NCBI RefSeq assembly: GCF_009914755.1 | Contig: NC_060925.1 | Length of the DNA stretch: 64,000 nt | From: the human T2T-CHM13v2.0 reference genome, Homo sapiens | Reading direction: 5' to 3' (one strand) | Notes under the pieces: generated by a model | What the model saw: only the letters and a program-made list of their open reading frames with translations | Told to the model about the DNA's origin: nothing | The model's database searches: none | Shown: positions 11,600-26,263 of the stretch, in pieces | How the letters are laid out: each line of letters begins with the position of its first letter | How positions within the stretch are numbered: the stretch's first letter is position 1 | Translations under genes and position numbers: made by a program

Positions 11600-14500
11600 T
11601 ACCCTATGTCTTCTTAATGGTGGCATTATTTTAGGTCTTACATTTACTTCTTTGATTCATTTTGAGTTAATTTTTGTATACGGTGCTAGGTAAGGGTCCA
11701 ACTTCATTCTTTTGTATGTGGTTATCCCATTTTATCAGCACCATTTGTTGAAAAGACTGTCCATTCCACACTGAATGGTCTTAACATCCTTGTCGAAAAT
11801 CCTTTGATTGTATGTGTGAGAGTTTATTTCTGAACGCTTTATTCTATTCCATTAGTCTGTCTGTCTGTCTTTATGCCAGTGCCACACTGTTTTATTATAG
11901 ATTTATAGTAAGGTACAAAATCAGAAAACATGAGTTCTTCAGCTTTGTTCTTCCTTTGCAAGATTATTTATGCTATTTGGGTTCCCTTGCTATTTCATAT
12001 AAATTTGAGGATGATTTTTTCTATTACTGCAAAAAAAATCTTTGGGATTTAGATAGAGATTGAATTGAATCTGTTGATTTCTTTCGATAGTATTGACATG
12101 TTAACAATATTATGTCTTCCAATCCATGAACATCAGATATGTTTCCATTTATCTCTTCTTTAATTTCTTTTGGCAATGCTTTGTAGTTTTCATAAGCATT
12201 TTTTTCTTTCAATGCTATTTTCAATGGAAGCTTTTGTAATTTCCTTTGCAGATTGCTCATTGTTACGATATAGAAATGCACCTCCTCATTTTTGTGTAAT
12301 TTTGTATTCTGCTACTTAACAATAGAAATTATTTATTAATGCTACCAGTTTTTTTGTGACATTGTTAGTTTTTTTCATATATAAGATCTTATAATTAAAG
12401 AGCAGAGAAATTTTTACCTTATTCTTTTCCAATTTGATTTTTAAAATTTCATTTTCTTGCCTAATTCCTCTGGCTAGAACTTCAAGTACAATGTAAAATA
12501 CAACTGGTGAAAATGTGCATCCTTGTTTTGGCGCTGATCTTTGAGGAAAAGCTTTTATTCTTTCACTATTGAATATCATGTTCACTGTGGGTTTCTATTT
12601 ATGGCTTTTATTATATGGGAATTTCCTTCTATTCCAAGTGTGTCAACAGTTCTTATCATAAAAGCGTGTTAAACTTTGTCAAATGCTTTTTCTCCATTAA
12701 TTGAGATGATCTTATGAATTTTTTCCTTTAGTTTGTTGATGTTGTATATTACATTGATCAGTGTTCTTATGTTGAAATATCCTTGCAGAAGAAATAAACT
12801 CTACTTGGTCATGATGTATAATCTTTGTAATATGCTGCAGAATTCAGTTTGCTACTATTTTGTTGAAGATATTTGCATCAATGTTAATAATTAATTAATA
12901 TTGGTCTGTAGGGTTTTTTTTTTTATTCTTGTAGCATCTTTGGCTTTGGTATCAAGGCAACTGAAACTCATAGAATGAGTTTCAAATTATTCATTTCTCC
13001 TATTCAATTTTGTGGAAAAGTTTCAGAAGATTGTTTTTTTGTGTTGTTCAAGTCCTCTATTTTCTTTGTCTAGTCGTTCTATCCATTTTTGAGAGTGGCA
13101 TATTGGAGTATTCAATTATTATTGTAGAATTGTCTATTTTTCCCTTCAGTTCAATTAGCTTTTGCTTTGTAGCTTTTGATAGTCTGCCATTATGTGTGTA
13201 AATATTTATAATGGTTATATCTTCCAGCTATATTGAATATTTTATTAATATATCTTTGTCTTTTGTCATCTTTTTTACTTATTTGTCTCATATTATAATA
13301 GCTACCCCTACTATCTTTTTGTTGTAGTTTGCATGGATCATCTTTTTCCATCTTTCACTTTCAATCTACTTTTGTCTTTAGATCTAAAGTGAGTCTCTTA
13401 TAGACAGCATGTATTTGGATTCTGTTTGTTAATCCATTCTGCCAATCTCAGTATTTTGACTGGAAGTATATTCCACTTACCTTTAAAGTAATTACTAACT
13501 AGGAAGAACTTAATTCTGTCATTTTGCTGTTGGTTTTCTATATGGCTGATAGCTTGCTTTTTCTTCATTTTCTGCATCATGGTGTTCTGTGTTTCATTGA
13601 TTTTTTTTGTAGCAAAACATTAAATTCCCTTATAGTTTACTTTTGTATATATTTTATAGCTATATTTTTGTGATCACCATGGGAGTTATATTTAACTTCA
13701 TCAAATTAGAACACTGTAATTTGAATTTAAGGTAGCATAATTCAATAATATACAAAAACTCTGTTCCTTTAACAGTTCCATCCTTGCCCATTTTTATTGT
13801 GATGTCACAAAATTACCACTTTATACGTTGCATAACCCAAACATAAACTAATGATTTTTTAAAAATGTATTAGTCTCTTGTATCACATAGACAACAGAAT
13901 GTGGAGTTACAAACCAAAACTACAATTTGCTAGCTTTTAGTCTTTCAGGAAAAGTTTTTGTTGACTTTTTTTCCTTCAAATGGGCCATATTTTCCTGTTT
14001 CTTTGTATGCCTTGTAATTTTGTTGTTGTTGTTGTTGAAAACTGAACATTTGAATTTAATAATGTGGTCACTCGGGAAATAAAATTATTTTCCTTCCCTA
14101 AGATTTGTTGGGTTTTGATATTGACTTTGTTTTTGTGTTCTTGCAGGCTGTTTCTGTGCCAAGAATCAGACTGAGGCATAAAATTAAGGTCCTTCAGGTT
14201 TTTAACTAAGCATGCCCCTTGCCCTGGGCATGTTTGGTACCTTTTTAATTTCTCATTTTCCCTGTATATACAGTTGCTTTTGAATCTTCCAGCCATTAAT
14301 GTCTGGCTCTCAAAAGGGAAGAAAAAAATGAAAGAGGGGAAAAGGGCACTGGATCCTTAAAGCACCTGCAATTCACTTCTGTTAGAAGTAAAGGGGCTAG
14401 AAACAATGTGGGAGATGTAATACCAATGGCCACCTGAGTCTTTGTCTGCACCTCTGTCTTCAGAAGGACCAATCAGGGACCAGAGCACAGATGCCCAACA

Positions 14501-14872
14501 TTTGGAGGGCAGGGTTCTTTTTGCCCACCTTGGCTCTCACCAGCTGTGTGTAAACTGCTCCTGGAACAAATTAACAGCTATCTGCCATGGAGGAAGAGGG
14601 GTAGGAATAGGGGTGGTGTAACTGCTACTGTGCTAAGAATTGAAATAACTAAAATTAACAGCAATTTGTTGTCCAAGCCTTCCCCTAAAAGCCACAAGCC
14701 TTCAATAGACTCCAGAGTTTCAAAATAGATTAGCACAATTGTTGCCTAGCACAATTGTTCCTACTCTGCTTCCCCTCTCTGTGGTTGGGAACTTCCCAGA
14801 ACCCTCTTCCTTTGTCCATTTGTCCATTTTTTTAGTTGAGTCATTTGACTTTTTATTTTTGAACTGTGCTTT

Positions 14873-15281
14873 TGTATTAGGCCATTCTTGTGTTCCTATA
14901 AAGATAATATTCGAGACTGGGTAATTTATAAAGAAAAGAGGTTTAACTGGCTCACAGTTCTGCAGATTATACAAGCATGGCACCAGCATCTGCTCAGCTT
15001 CTGGTGAGAGCCTCAGGGAACTTTTTCTCATGGTAGAAGGGAAAGTGGGAGCAAGCATGTCATGTGGCAAGAGCACGAGCAAGAAAGCAACAGGGGAGGT
15101 GCCATGTGTTTTTAAACAACCAGATCTCATGAGAACTCCCCCACTACCACGAGGACAACACCAAGCCATTCATGAGCGATCCACCCCATAACCCAAACAC
15201 CTCCCACCAGGACCCACCTCCAACATTGGGAATCACATTTCAAAATGACATTTGGAGGGGACAAACATCCAAACTATATCA
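14873..15281 (-). mobile_element. MST (MSTA/B) MaLR solo LTR
   Basis: tgtattaggccattc...gagactgggtaatttataaagaaaagaggttt...ccaaactatatca. Confidence 0.85.
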
Positions 15282-16066
15282 ATTTTTATACATTCTGGAT
15301 ACAATTCCCTTATCTGATATGTGATTTGCAAATATTTTCTACCATTCTATGGCCTATCTTCTCCCTTAACATTAAACTTTTAACTAATGTTGTCCCTCTC
15401 TTTCTACTTACAAAGACCAAGAAAGAATACCACATTTGTACAAATGTATGGATGCAAGAACTCAGAAGGAATGGCAGAAATACAAAGCAAATAAATGAGA
15501 CTTGGCATATGAGTGAAAATCATGTCATCCTCAATGCTAAAACAAATTTTAACTTGCAACACAGCAAAATATGTCTACTTGCCATATTCTATTCCTAAAG
15601 TCCACGATTTCTGAACACAAATCAGAATCTGCCTTCCAAAACCAATCAACTAAGAATTCCTACAGTGTGAACATCTCCAGCAGAGAGGACTAATGTTGTT
15701 TAAAATATTTGTGTTAGTGGCTTTAAATTTACAAAAGGCTTAGGAAGCAGTTATCACACTTTCCCATCCCCACACACCTAGGCATACAAAATAAAAAAGC
15801 ATTTATTTCATGTTAATTAACAGTTTATTGACCGCCCACTATCCCAAGGTACCATGTTAGGCTTTGGAGTATCAAAGGGGGGAAAAGACATACTCAAGAA
15901 ATTTAGAGTCTAGTTAAGAAGCTTGCCTCAATTTCCTAATCACCTTTCTTCCATCAATCAAGGAAAGCATCTAGTAACTAATCATTCACTTCTCTAACCA
16001 TACACATATATGTAGAAAAATGTATGGATTAATTGTCCTTGTTTGAAAACAGTAGGTTCAGGAGGT

Positions 16067-16490
16067 TGCTATAGTTTGAATGTTTGTTCCCCCAAAACTC
16101 ATATTAAAATTTGATCTCTAATGTTGCAGGTGGGGTCTATTGGGAGGTGTTTGGTACATGGAGATGATTCCCTCATAAAGAGATTAATGCCTTCCTTGCG
16201 GCTGGGGAGGTAAATGAGTTCTCACTCTTACTAGTTCCTGCAAGAGCCAATTGTTATAAACAACCTAGCACCTCCCTCCCCTCTCTCTTGCCTCCTCTCT
16301 CACCATCTAATTTCTATATTCTGACTCCCCTTCACCTCTGTCATGAATGAAAGTAGCCTGAAGCCCTTACCAGAAGCTGAGCAGATGCTGGCACTATGCT
16401 CCCAGTACAGCCCGCAGAACTGTGAGTTAAAGAAACTCATGTTACCCAGCCTCCGGTGTTCCTTTATCAAAAAACAAATGGACTAAAACA
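16067..16490 (+). mobile_element. MST (MSTC/D-like) MaLR solo LTR
   Basis: tgctatagtttgaatgtttgttccc...gcagatgctggcactatgc...gactaaaaca. Confidence 0.8.
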
Positions 16491-16494
16491 AGGG

Positions 16495-16790
16495 CCTTAG
16501 AGACAAACTAATCAAAGCCTCTCATTTTAAAGATGAAAATTATAAATACAAAGCAGGTAAGTGACTTATTTGAGATTATTATTATAGCTAATACTAATAT
16601 GGGACTTATTATGTTCCCAGAACTGCCTTAACCACATTATATATTTGAATGATCCTCACCACAATCAGTTCCTCAAGCAGCAAACTAAGGCACAGAGAAA
16701 TTGAGTAACTTGACAAAGACCAAACAGTTCATAAGGACAAAGCCAAGATTTGAACCCAGTAGTTTTGCTTCAGAATCCAAGCTATGCTTA
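16495..16790 (-). mobile_element. MIR fragments
   Basis: cattttaaagatgaaaa and aaactaaggcacagagaaattgagtaacttg...atttgaaccc. Confidence 0.6.
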
Positions 16791-18537
16791 GGTAGCTATT
16801 TCTAAAGATAGGCATGAATTTTTGACACATGTTCATACACTGGCCTGCTATTTGATACTAATCATCATGGTTGTTTCCAGCATCTCCAAACCTAATATCT
16901 CATGATATTATGATACTTAAAAGTCACAAAACACACAAGTTGAAAAGAGTAGTGTGATTGCCAACGTGGATGAGGATGCTACCAGGAGGAGGAAATGAGG
17001 ACATCCAAAGTCATGACAAATATATTTATAATAAGCTAACTTTGGCAAATATTGCCACCGGTGTATTATTCCTTTGTCATCCCTAATCACCCCCATGTAC
17101 TCCCTCCTATCTCCAAACCCTGGTCTTCTATATGTGTTTTCAATCAAGTACGAACAGGTTAAGCTGTAAAACCTAAAGTGGATGGAGTTGGGGTTAAATC
17201 CTGGGATGACTGGAATACCCAAGATAGAGAAAATCTGTGTTTCAGAAGTCTCAGACCTCATTTCATTTCATACATTCACTCATCAATGAATAAATATTTA
17301 TTCTGTGCCCACTTGGTAAAAAGCACAGACCCAGTTACTGGAAATACACCAGTCCATGTGATGAATTTGGCCTTTTCCCTCCTCACACACACAGTGTCGC
17401 AGCATTCCTCCAGAGGAGGTAAGACATCTGCAGTTAAGCAAGTGTCATCTTCCAACCTCGTGGACCTCTGAATGGTGCCTGAGCTGCAGGAGGTTTAACA
17501 GAGTGACTCAGCAAGGCGAGGGACTGCTAATAGATTATTAGTCACTCTTAGGTATACAGGCCATGGGGTAAGAGAATGTTGTTTAGAAATGGCTATAATA
17601 CATTATTTGAGTGATTTGTATGAACTACAAACTAGTTTATAAGTAAAAATTGCTCGCTTTGTTATTGTATTTTGTTAGAATGCACATATCCTTTTTGTCC
17701 TTGGGGACCCTGAATAGCAAAATATTATATCTGCTTATTGAATTGATAAACTAAGTAATTCCAGAAATTTTGGAAATTGAGTTCACTCAAAGATAGATAT
17801 GAAACTGCAAAATTTCCACCACCTATATATCTATTTTCATCTTTTAGTATGAGTCCCCACTTCTTTCCTTGTAATCAAGCTACCATAACTTTCCCACCTA
17901 CACTGAGGTCTTTGTCAGCCACCAAAATCTGTTCTGCTTACTAAAACAACAGGCTTCCTCTGAAGCCCTAAGTTCTTTAATTCACTCAGCATGATGTTAT
18001 TTCTAAAAATGTTTTTCCCACTTTAACCCAATCTCTCCTGTATCAAGATAATAACTAATTAATTATCGTTGTCCCTCAATTTTGTAATGAGGTTTAAAAA
18101 AACCCATTATTTTCATACCCTTTATCATAAGGTAGCCAGGCTACATTCAGCTATTACAAAGCACATTTGAGTTATAGGTGTAAGTCTATATACCTTGTAT
18201 ATAGCTTGTGTTAGGGGATTTTACTGGACCCCCATATCTGCTCACATATCTGGCTACATATTTACTTGCATATTTTACGTTTTAAAAACTTCAAGCTTCT
18301 TATGAGCAAGTGTCCTGTTGCCTTTATATGCTCCAGAAACAGAAATTTGATGGAGACAAAGAAGTGGATAAAAAGAAGAACAAGCAGATAATTGGAAGGT
18401 GCGTTTGCATTTAGGTGTGTAAGATTCAGGGACAAGGCCAATGAGGCTGGTGTCTTTAAACAGACTGAAAGTCTGGTTAGGTACAGTCTATCGAGTCATC
18501 ACATCCAACCCTCACATCCTTCTTAGAAATCTGCAGG

Positions 18538-18919
<382 letters not shown>

Positions 18920-20355
18920 CTACAATGCTTTTCACATCATAGGCATAGAATAAATATTTGTTGTATAGTAAATGAATAAATGAAACAAAATGAATTCTAA
19001 GAATTCTGAAACATCTTATATAGTCCAGGATAGATATAAAAACACATTGAAAAAAGAAACTCCTATCTAGACTATTAATGGCTTGCCCCAGGTCTCATGG
19101 CCAACAGAGCCACCAGTTGAATCCAAGAGAAGACCCCATGTCCAGTGCTCTTTCTAGCATACATCTTTTCCTTTCTAGCTCTATCAAATTCTGAATCTTG
19201 TTCTTTTATAACTTATTTTGAGTTTTTGCAAATTCTTAATAAGCCACAGACATATATCAGCTCCTACTCTTAGAGAATCAATTTGAGAATGAAATCTAGT
19301 GTTCTAATGTATTATAATTAACAGATGGTTTTATATTAGGCTGAGAACGTAAAAGAAAAACCCTACAGCTGCCGAGAAAAAAAAACGGAAAATCAAGGTC
19401 TAGCTAGTGTCAGACCTGAGTTACTCCAAACCCAAGAAATGGATGCATTCAGTATGAGGAACCTCAGAAGGCCAGCTGCTTTCACAGCACCAAGAAACCT
19501 CTGGCCCAGATTTCAACAGAGTTCAGGGAACACAGATTGAATCCTCCCAGGGATCCCAGCAAATATCTCAGTCACTAGCAGAACTCATGAGGGCTTTTTT
19601 TAGACCACTTCAAGGAGCAGAGGAGCACCAGTTCTGCTTTAATTGTGGACTTTCAGCCTGGCTTTCTTACAAATATTTTCTTGGAAGTCATTTCCTTTTT
19701 ACAGATATGAAAAGGACAAGAGTCAATAACTGCCTAGCTGCTCCATGGTGGATTCCCATACGTGACCCAGATGACAGCATATATTCTTTCTTTAAAAGGG
19801 ACGCATGGGAAATTTTCAAAGAAGTTTTTGGACGACTTCCCAGAAGACACATCAACTGAGGATGTCAGGCATCCCGCTGCAGGAATTGGTGTTTTTCCTA
19901 GGAGAAAGGTCTGGAAGGTCACCTTCATAGCACTTGTTTGATAAGGAAGGGCATAGTATAGTTCAGGCAGAGTGGGCAGTCACCACAGTGGGTAGTGATC
20001 AATTCTGTGTGAATTGATCCCCAATCATAGTCCCAATTTGAAATGGTCACAACTGGTTATTCTATGTTCTTGCAGTCTGTGCTCCTATTCAGCCAGTCTT
20101 GCACAATTGCAGTTTGAATTTCTAGATCAAGCTACCTTAATCTGAACACATGGGCAATATCCAACTCACCCCATCTTCAGAATTCTCACCACTGAGCTCA
20201 TTCTCCAGGGTCATTCTCAGAATTTGTCCCAGGCCCAAAGAAAACTCATTTTAAATCTCTGCAACATGTCAGAAAAACACGACAAACTGCTTAACCAAAA
20301 ATAAATAACTAAACATTCCTCATCAACAACAATGTGCTCAATCATACACAGCTGA

Positions 20356-20689
<334 letters not shown>

Positions 20690-20804
20690 AAGAATGCAAA
20701 ATTATGGGTGGCCTTGATTCATAGACTTTGGTTCTTTTCTTCTGATCTGACACTTCATTAGAACAAACTTGATCCACGATGCTGAGACAAAATTTAAACA
20801 CCAT

Positions 20805-21117
20805 GGCTAGGCATGGTAGCTCACGCCTATAATCGCAGCACTTTGGGAGGCTGAGGCAGGTGGATTGCTTGGGCTTAGGAGTTCGAGACCACCCTGGCCA
20901 ACACAGCAAAACCCTGTCTCTACCAAAAATACAAAAATTAGCCAAGTATGGTGGCAAGCGCCTGTGATCCCAGCTACCCGGGAGGCTGAGGTGGCAGGAT
21001 CACTGGAGACCAGGAAGTTGAGGCTGCAGTGGGCCATGATTATGCCACTACACACTAGCCTTGGTGACAGAGCAAGATTCCATCTCAAAAAACAAAAAAA
21101 AAAGTTAAAAAATAAAA
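20805..21117 (+). mobile_element. AluJ
   Basis: J diagnostics (ggattgcttggg, ggatcactggag, gttgaggctgcagtg). Confidence 0.9.
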
Positions 21118-22194
21118 TGTATATCATTAAAGAAACATTTTAATTTAGAACCCTGAAGGTAAACTTCCTCAGATCTCTGTTCAGTGTGATTCTCCCTCAG
21201 TCCTGCACCAACCTCAACTCCCCTGTAGGAGGCTGTGTTCTCTATGGTTATGCCTTCCCCACCAGAGTACAATATATTTAAGAAGAGGAATTACTATATT
21301 TATCTTGGTATTCTCCCTCACCTCTGTCAGGTCCTCAGTGCTTTTTTTATGTGTTGTAGGCATTCAATGTTTACTTAATAGATATAAATTCAATGTTTAA
21401 TACATTTATTTCTTTAAAGAAATAGAAGATTTTCATTCTCATATTTTTCAAACACTGAATCGAAAAAAACCTTTAGTATTGGATAAGATTGTCTTCCATT
21501 TATCATAAAAATTTTCTCAAGACTCAGAGAAAATCAAACTCTTATCAAGGTGGCCACATGGAGCATAGCTTAATGTTGATGACACTCAGAGATTTTCTTT
21601 AAATTTTGGTTGTTTTTCAGGGAATCAGCCCAGAAGACACCTGCCAAACCCAGGAGTTAGGTGGTTATTTCATGTGGGTCATGGAATTCAACCACCAGAA
21701 GACCAAATTGTAGTGATTGTTTCATTTTCTATTACTTGTGACTTTGCTTGTGTCACTGGATAGAGGAACTGGCCACACTTACTGTTCATTCTCATCCCCT
21801 TTATCACCTGAGTGTAAAGACCCTATTGAGATGTTGTAGAAACAGAATATTTTCATATTGGCTTCTTCACCAGATTCTCAGCTTGCCAAAAAGAGCCAGG
21901 AGGCTGGACTGGTTATTTTAAGATAAAGTTTAGGGCCAATAAGGCAAAGGTAAAGGATGTAGTCCTTCTAAATCCTGCTTCTGTTTCAAAAGTTTAAGTT
22001 CCCTTCTCTCCATAATGCATTTTCTGACTACTTCCACCCATGTTATTCAATCTTCATTTCCTTTGAGCAGAAGATGCCCTTGATTGTTTTCCGTATTCAA
22101 CTAAGTTGTGGGCTGCTGGGGTCAGGGACCAAGTTTTATGCTTCTTTGGTATCACCCATGATGTCTAGCACACTGCTAGGCACAAAATAAGTGC

Positions 22195-24450
22195 TGTGAA
22201 ACAAAAATGGAATCTCTGGACCCCAAACTGACTAAGCCAAAAGAAAAGCTAAGCTTGGGAACTGAGTCACTAAAAAAACTGCTTTCTGTTATTGGAAAAA
22301 ACTACTTTAAAGTTCATATGGAACCAAAAAAGAGCCCACATTGCCAAGTCAATCCTAAGCCAAAAGAACAAAGCTGGAAGCATCATGCTACCTGACTTCA
22401 AACTATACTACAAGGCTACAGTAACCAAAACAGCATGGTACTGGTACCAAAACAGAGATATAGATCAATGGAACAGAACAGAGCCCTCAGAAATAATGCC
22501 ACATATCTACAACCATCTGATCTTTGATAAACCTGACAAAAACAAGAAAAGAGGGGAAACGATTCCCTATTTAATAAATGGTGCTGGGAAAACTGGCTAG
22601 CCATATGTAGAAAGCTGAAACTGGATCCCTTCCTTGCACCTTATACAAAAATTAATTCAAGATGGATTAAAGACTTAAATGTTAGACCTAAAACCACAAA
22701 AACCCTAGAAGAAAAGCTAGGCAATACCACTCAGGACATAGGCATGGGCAAGGACTTCATGTCTAAAACACCAAAAGCAATGGCAACAAAAGACAAAATT
22801 GACAAATGGGATCTAATTAAACTAAAGAGCTTCTGCACAGCAAAAGAAACTACCATCAGAGTGAACAGGCAACCTACAGATTGGCAGAAAATTTTTGCAA
22901 TCTACTCATCTGACAAAGGGCTAATATCCAGAATCTACAATGAACTCAAATTTACAAGAAAAAAACAAACAACCCCATCAAAAAGTGGGTAAAGGACATG
23001 AACAGACACTTCTCAAAAGAAGACATTTATGCAGCCAAAAGACACATGAAAAAATGCTCATCATCACTGGCCATGAGAGAAATGCAAATCAAAACCACAA
23101 TGAGATACCATCTCACACCAGTTAGAATGGCGATCATTAAAAAGTCAGGAAACAACAAGTGCTGGAGAGGATGTGGAGAAACAGGAACACTTATACACTG
23201 TTGGTGGGACTGTAAACTAGTTCAACCATTGTGGAAGTCAGTGTGGCGATTCCTCAGGGATCTAGAACTAGAAATACCATTTGACCCAGCCATCCCATTA
23301 CTGGGTATATACCCAAAGGATTATAAATCATGCCGCTATAAAGACACATGCACACGTATGTTTATTGCAGCACTATTCACAATAGCAAAGACTTGGAACC
23401 AACCCAAATGTCCAACAATGTGGCACATATACACGATGGAATACTATGCAGCCATAAAAAGGATGAGTTCATGTCCTTTGTAGGGACATGGATGAAGCTG
23501 GAAACCATCACTCTCAGCAAACTATAGCAAGGACAAAAAACCAAACACCGCATGTTCTCACTCATAGGTGGGACTTGAACAATGAGAACACACAGACACA
23601 GGAAAGGGAACATCGCACACCGCGGCCTGTTGTGGGGTGGGGGGAGGGGGAAGAGATAGCATTTGGAGATATATCTAATGTTAAATGACGAGTTACTGGG
23701 TGCAGCACACCAACATGGCACATGTATACATAAATAACTAACCTGCACGTTGTGCACATGTACCCTAAAACTTAAAGTATAATAAAATAAAAAATAAAAA
23801 AATTTTAAAAACCTGCCTTCTGTTGTTACCAGGTAGCTGCAACAATAGAAGGCCACATATCTCCCCAGATAGCCTCCCTCACAAATTGCTTACAGTGAAA
23901 TGCCTTGTGGGTCCCTAAATCTTTCAGAATGCATATCCCTCCTATAAATGAGCCCTAAAACACAGTTCTGTTGAATCTCACTCTGACAATAACAGCTCAT
24001 CTTCATATGTATGGTATAAGGACAAGACTTGGAAATCATCCCTCTGCCCACCCCAAGACAAATTCATAATTGACTTTCCCCCTATTTTCACATTTATCTT
24101 ATGTAAAATGTAGATTTACTGAGCATGAGAGGAACACATAATCAGTATTCCTCTACCCACTCTTCACACGCAAAATGTGAATTCACTGGGCACTAATCAA
24201 AGCCTCACAAGAATGTAACTTCTTCCCTCATTGCCTACCTTCCCATTTCCCTTTTTTTTCTTTCTTTTCTCCTTCCCCTCCTGCTGGCTCTTTCCCCTTT
24301 AAATACTGAAGTCCTCAAAAACTCTCTTTGCAAAAGGCACAGATCACAGATGTTCCTGTATTTGTGCTTTCTCCTGGGGAATGTCCTTAACCTTGGCAAA
24401 ATAAACCTCTAAAACGATTGAGACCTGCCTGTCATTTTTTTGGTGCTTAA
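22195..24450 (+). mobile_element. MER4-family ERV1 solo LTR split by an L1PA insertion
   Basis: 5' tgtgaaacaaaaatggaatctctggacccc...; 3' ttggcaaaataaacctctaaaacgattgagac; the two halves join across the L1 TSD. Confidence 0.75.
22291..23802 (+). mobile_element. 5'-truncated L1PA3/4 (~1.5 kb; frameshifted ORF2 C-terminus plus 3'UTR)
   Basis: ORF2 peptides in ORFs 22292, 22744 and 22998; A-rich tail; near-TSD aaaaactgctttctgtt / aaaacctgccttctgtt; 21-bp internal deletion at aatg microhomology near 23420. Confidence 0.95.
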
Positions 24451-25925
24451 AATCCATGATGGAATTTTTAATCACTATTTTAGACTTGGGTAAATCTGGC
24501 TGTGAAAGTAGTGACAGAGTCTTTTAGAATTTTCTTCTACCAAAAATAATTAATCAGAAAGTCCCTGAGAGAATTTCAGATACTCCTGTAAGGATCAAAC
24601 CTAAATTTAAATTAGACTTGTAGATCTGTGCATACCCAGTGTCTCACACATATAAACTCAATAAAAATTTATCGAATGACCAAGTGAAGAAATGTTCTTT
24701 CAGCTTTTCCTTCAAGACTCAGAAAAAAGATATCTGCAGTTCCAGAATGGACTGAGTGAACAAGAAAAGAACAGATCAGTGACACAAAGACAGCCTTCTT
24801 TTTCCCTTTCAGGGTGACTCAAATTGTAGTCCTCATCTGAACAGTCTGAGACACAACTCTTGTCTCATATTAACTCGATAGGGCATTTGCTATACTCCCA
24901 TTTACACAAACTGCTCAGATGCCCCAAATGCTGAGTCTGTTCGTCTTCATTTTATTCCTTTGGGAGATGCCGGTACAAACTTGTTTTTTCTTTCTTTTTT
25001 TAAATGGAGATGTGATCACCATAGCAACTAAAAGACATAAATCTTGCCTAATTGAATCAGTGTGCTCAAGATAATAGCCAGGGCAGAGACTGAGTTAAAA
25101 CTGGGGTAAGGGTGAGAGTGGGGAAATGGATGAGGATGATAAAAATATTTATGTCCCTAGAATTTGTGGGTTTGGATTAATTCTGTTTCGTAAGGAATAT
25201 TGTTGGCCTTCAAATGCAGTGCCACTTGGGAGAGAAGCAAGCGGGCAGTAGTTGAGGTGTCTCTGCAGTTGAATCGCAGTGAAAGGCAGGTTATGAGTAT
25301 AGGGACCGCCCCTCGGCCATGTGGTCCCCTCCCTATCCTGAGGATAACGACATTTGAGAGAAGCCAATGGTATTGGAAGGCCAGAATCGAACTTAAGCCG
25401 CTTAGTTGGTACAACTGTAAACCCTCCCTCACAGAGGCTGGGCCCTGCAATCTTTCTAAGCAGGGTAAAGAAAAGTAAGGGGACTTCCTTTTCGAAGAGG
25501 AGGTTCCCGCGTGCTGCACCCGACCTTTCCCTCAGGGCCCAACACGCGTTATATAAATGCCAAGTTACTCAGGGACGCACACGTGAGAAGGCTGGGGCCC
25601 GACACACGCGGTGTAGTGCCGAAGTCACCGGTGTGGCGCGCCTGGGGGACACGCCGAAGCCCATTTCCCTCCCGCTTCTGGAAAGCAGTCCCCGCTCTTT
25701 CCAGCTGCTCCGCGGGGCGTATGGCTGTGCGCTACCTCCTGCGGACCCCAGGCTGGGCGAGGGGGCAGCGATGGCCACATGGCGCGCTCGGGGAGATGGC
25801 AGCTGCGCTTTGTTTCCAGCAGTGATAGGTGAGTCACTGGCTCCCGCAGCCCCAGAGCTGGGCAAACACTCAGGCCCAGGCAGCTGAAAAATTCACAGCA
25901 GGAGCAGCTACCGAAGCGACTGCAG

Positions 25926-25981
25926 CCTCTTCCTCCTCTTCCTCCTCCTCCTCCTCCTCCGCCACTGCTACCGCCACCACC
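25926..25981. repeat. (CCT)n polypyrimidine tract followed by an imperfect (CCR)n run
   Basis: cctcttcctcctcttcctcctcctcctcctcctcc then gccactgctaccgccaccac. Confidence 0.9.
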
Positions 25982-26069
25982 GTGGTAGCCGCCTCCGCGC
26001 CCTGCCTCCGCCCCGTCCCCTCCTCCTCCACCCGCGAACTTAGTCAGCGGTTCGCGCCGCCGAGCGCCC

Positions 26070-26263
26070 ATTGGCCAGCGGAACGCGTCGCGTCACAATG
26101 GAGCCGGTCGGAGGCGGCGAGCCGGACAGCGCCGGGGCTTCCCGCTGAGCCCGCAGCCTCCGGCAGCCGGGAAAGTGCGGGCGCGGGGCCGCAGCCTGCC
26201 CGCCCGGAGCGGCCCAGGAGCACGCCGCGGGGAGCGCGGGCGTCCGGGGCTGGAGTCGCGCAG
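26070..26263 (+). other. LRRC8B: Non-coding first exon (5'UTR) of a gene whose CDS lies beyond the window; tentatively LRRC8B
   Basis: Lies in the CpG island and ends at a strong donor CGCAG|GTAGGT; no long coding frame. The 5' boundary is approximate. The gene name is from memory of the 5'UTR and locus layout and is not confirmed by coding sequence. Confidence 0.55.
26098..26148 (+). other. 16-codon upstream ORF MEPVGGGEPDSAGASR*
   Basis: acaATGG (A at -3, G at +4) to TGA, wholly within candidate exon 1; translation not demonstrated. Confidence 0.5.

Noticed and set aside
19587-19928. Protein-like short ORFs in unique sequence, as a possible pseudogene
   Set aside because: I cannot match either translation to a known family, and there is no poly(A) or TSD; a BLASTX search would settle it.
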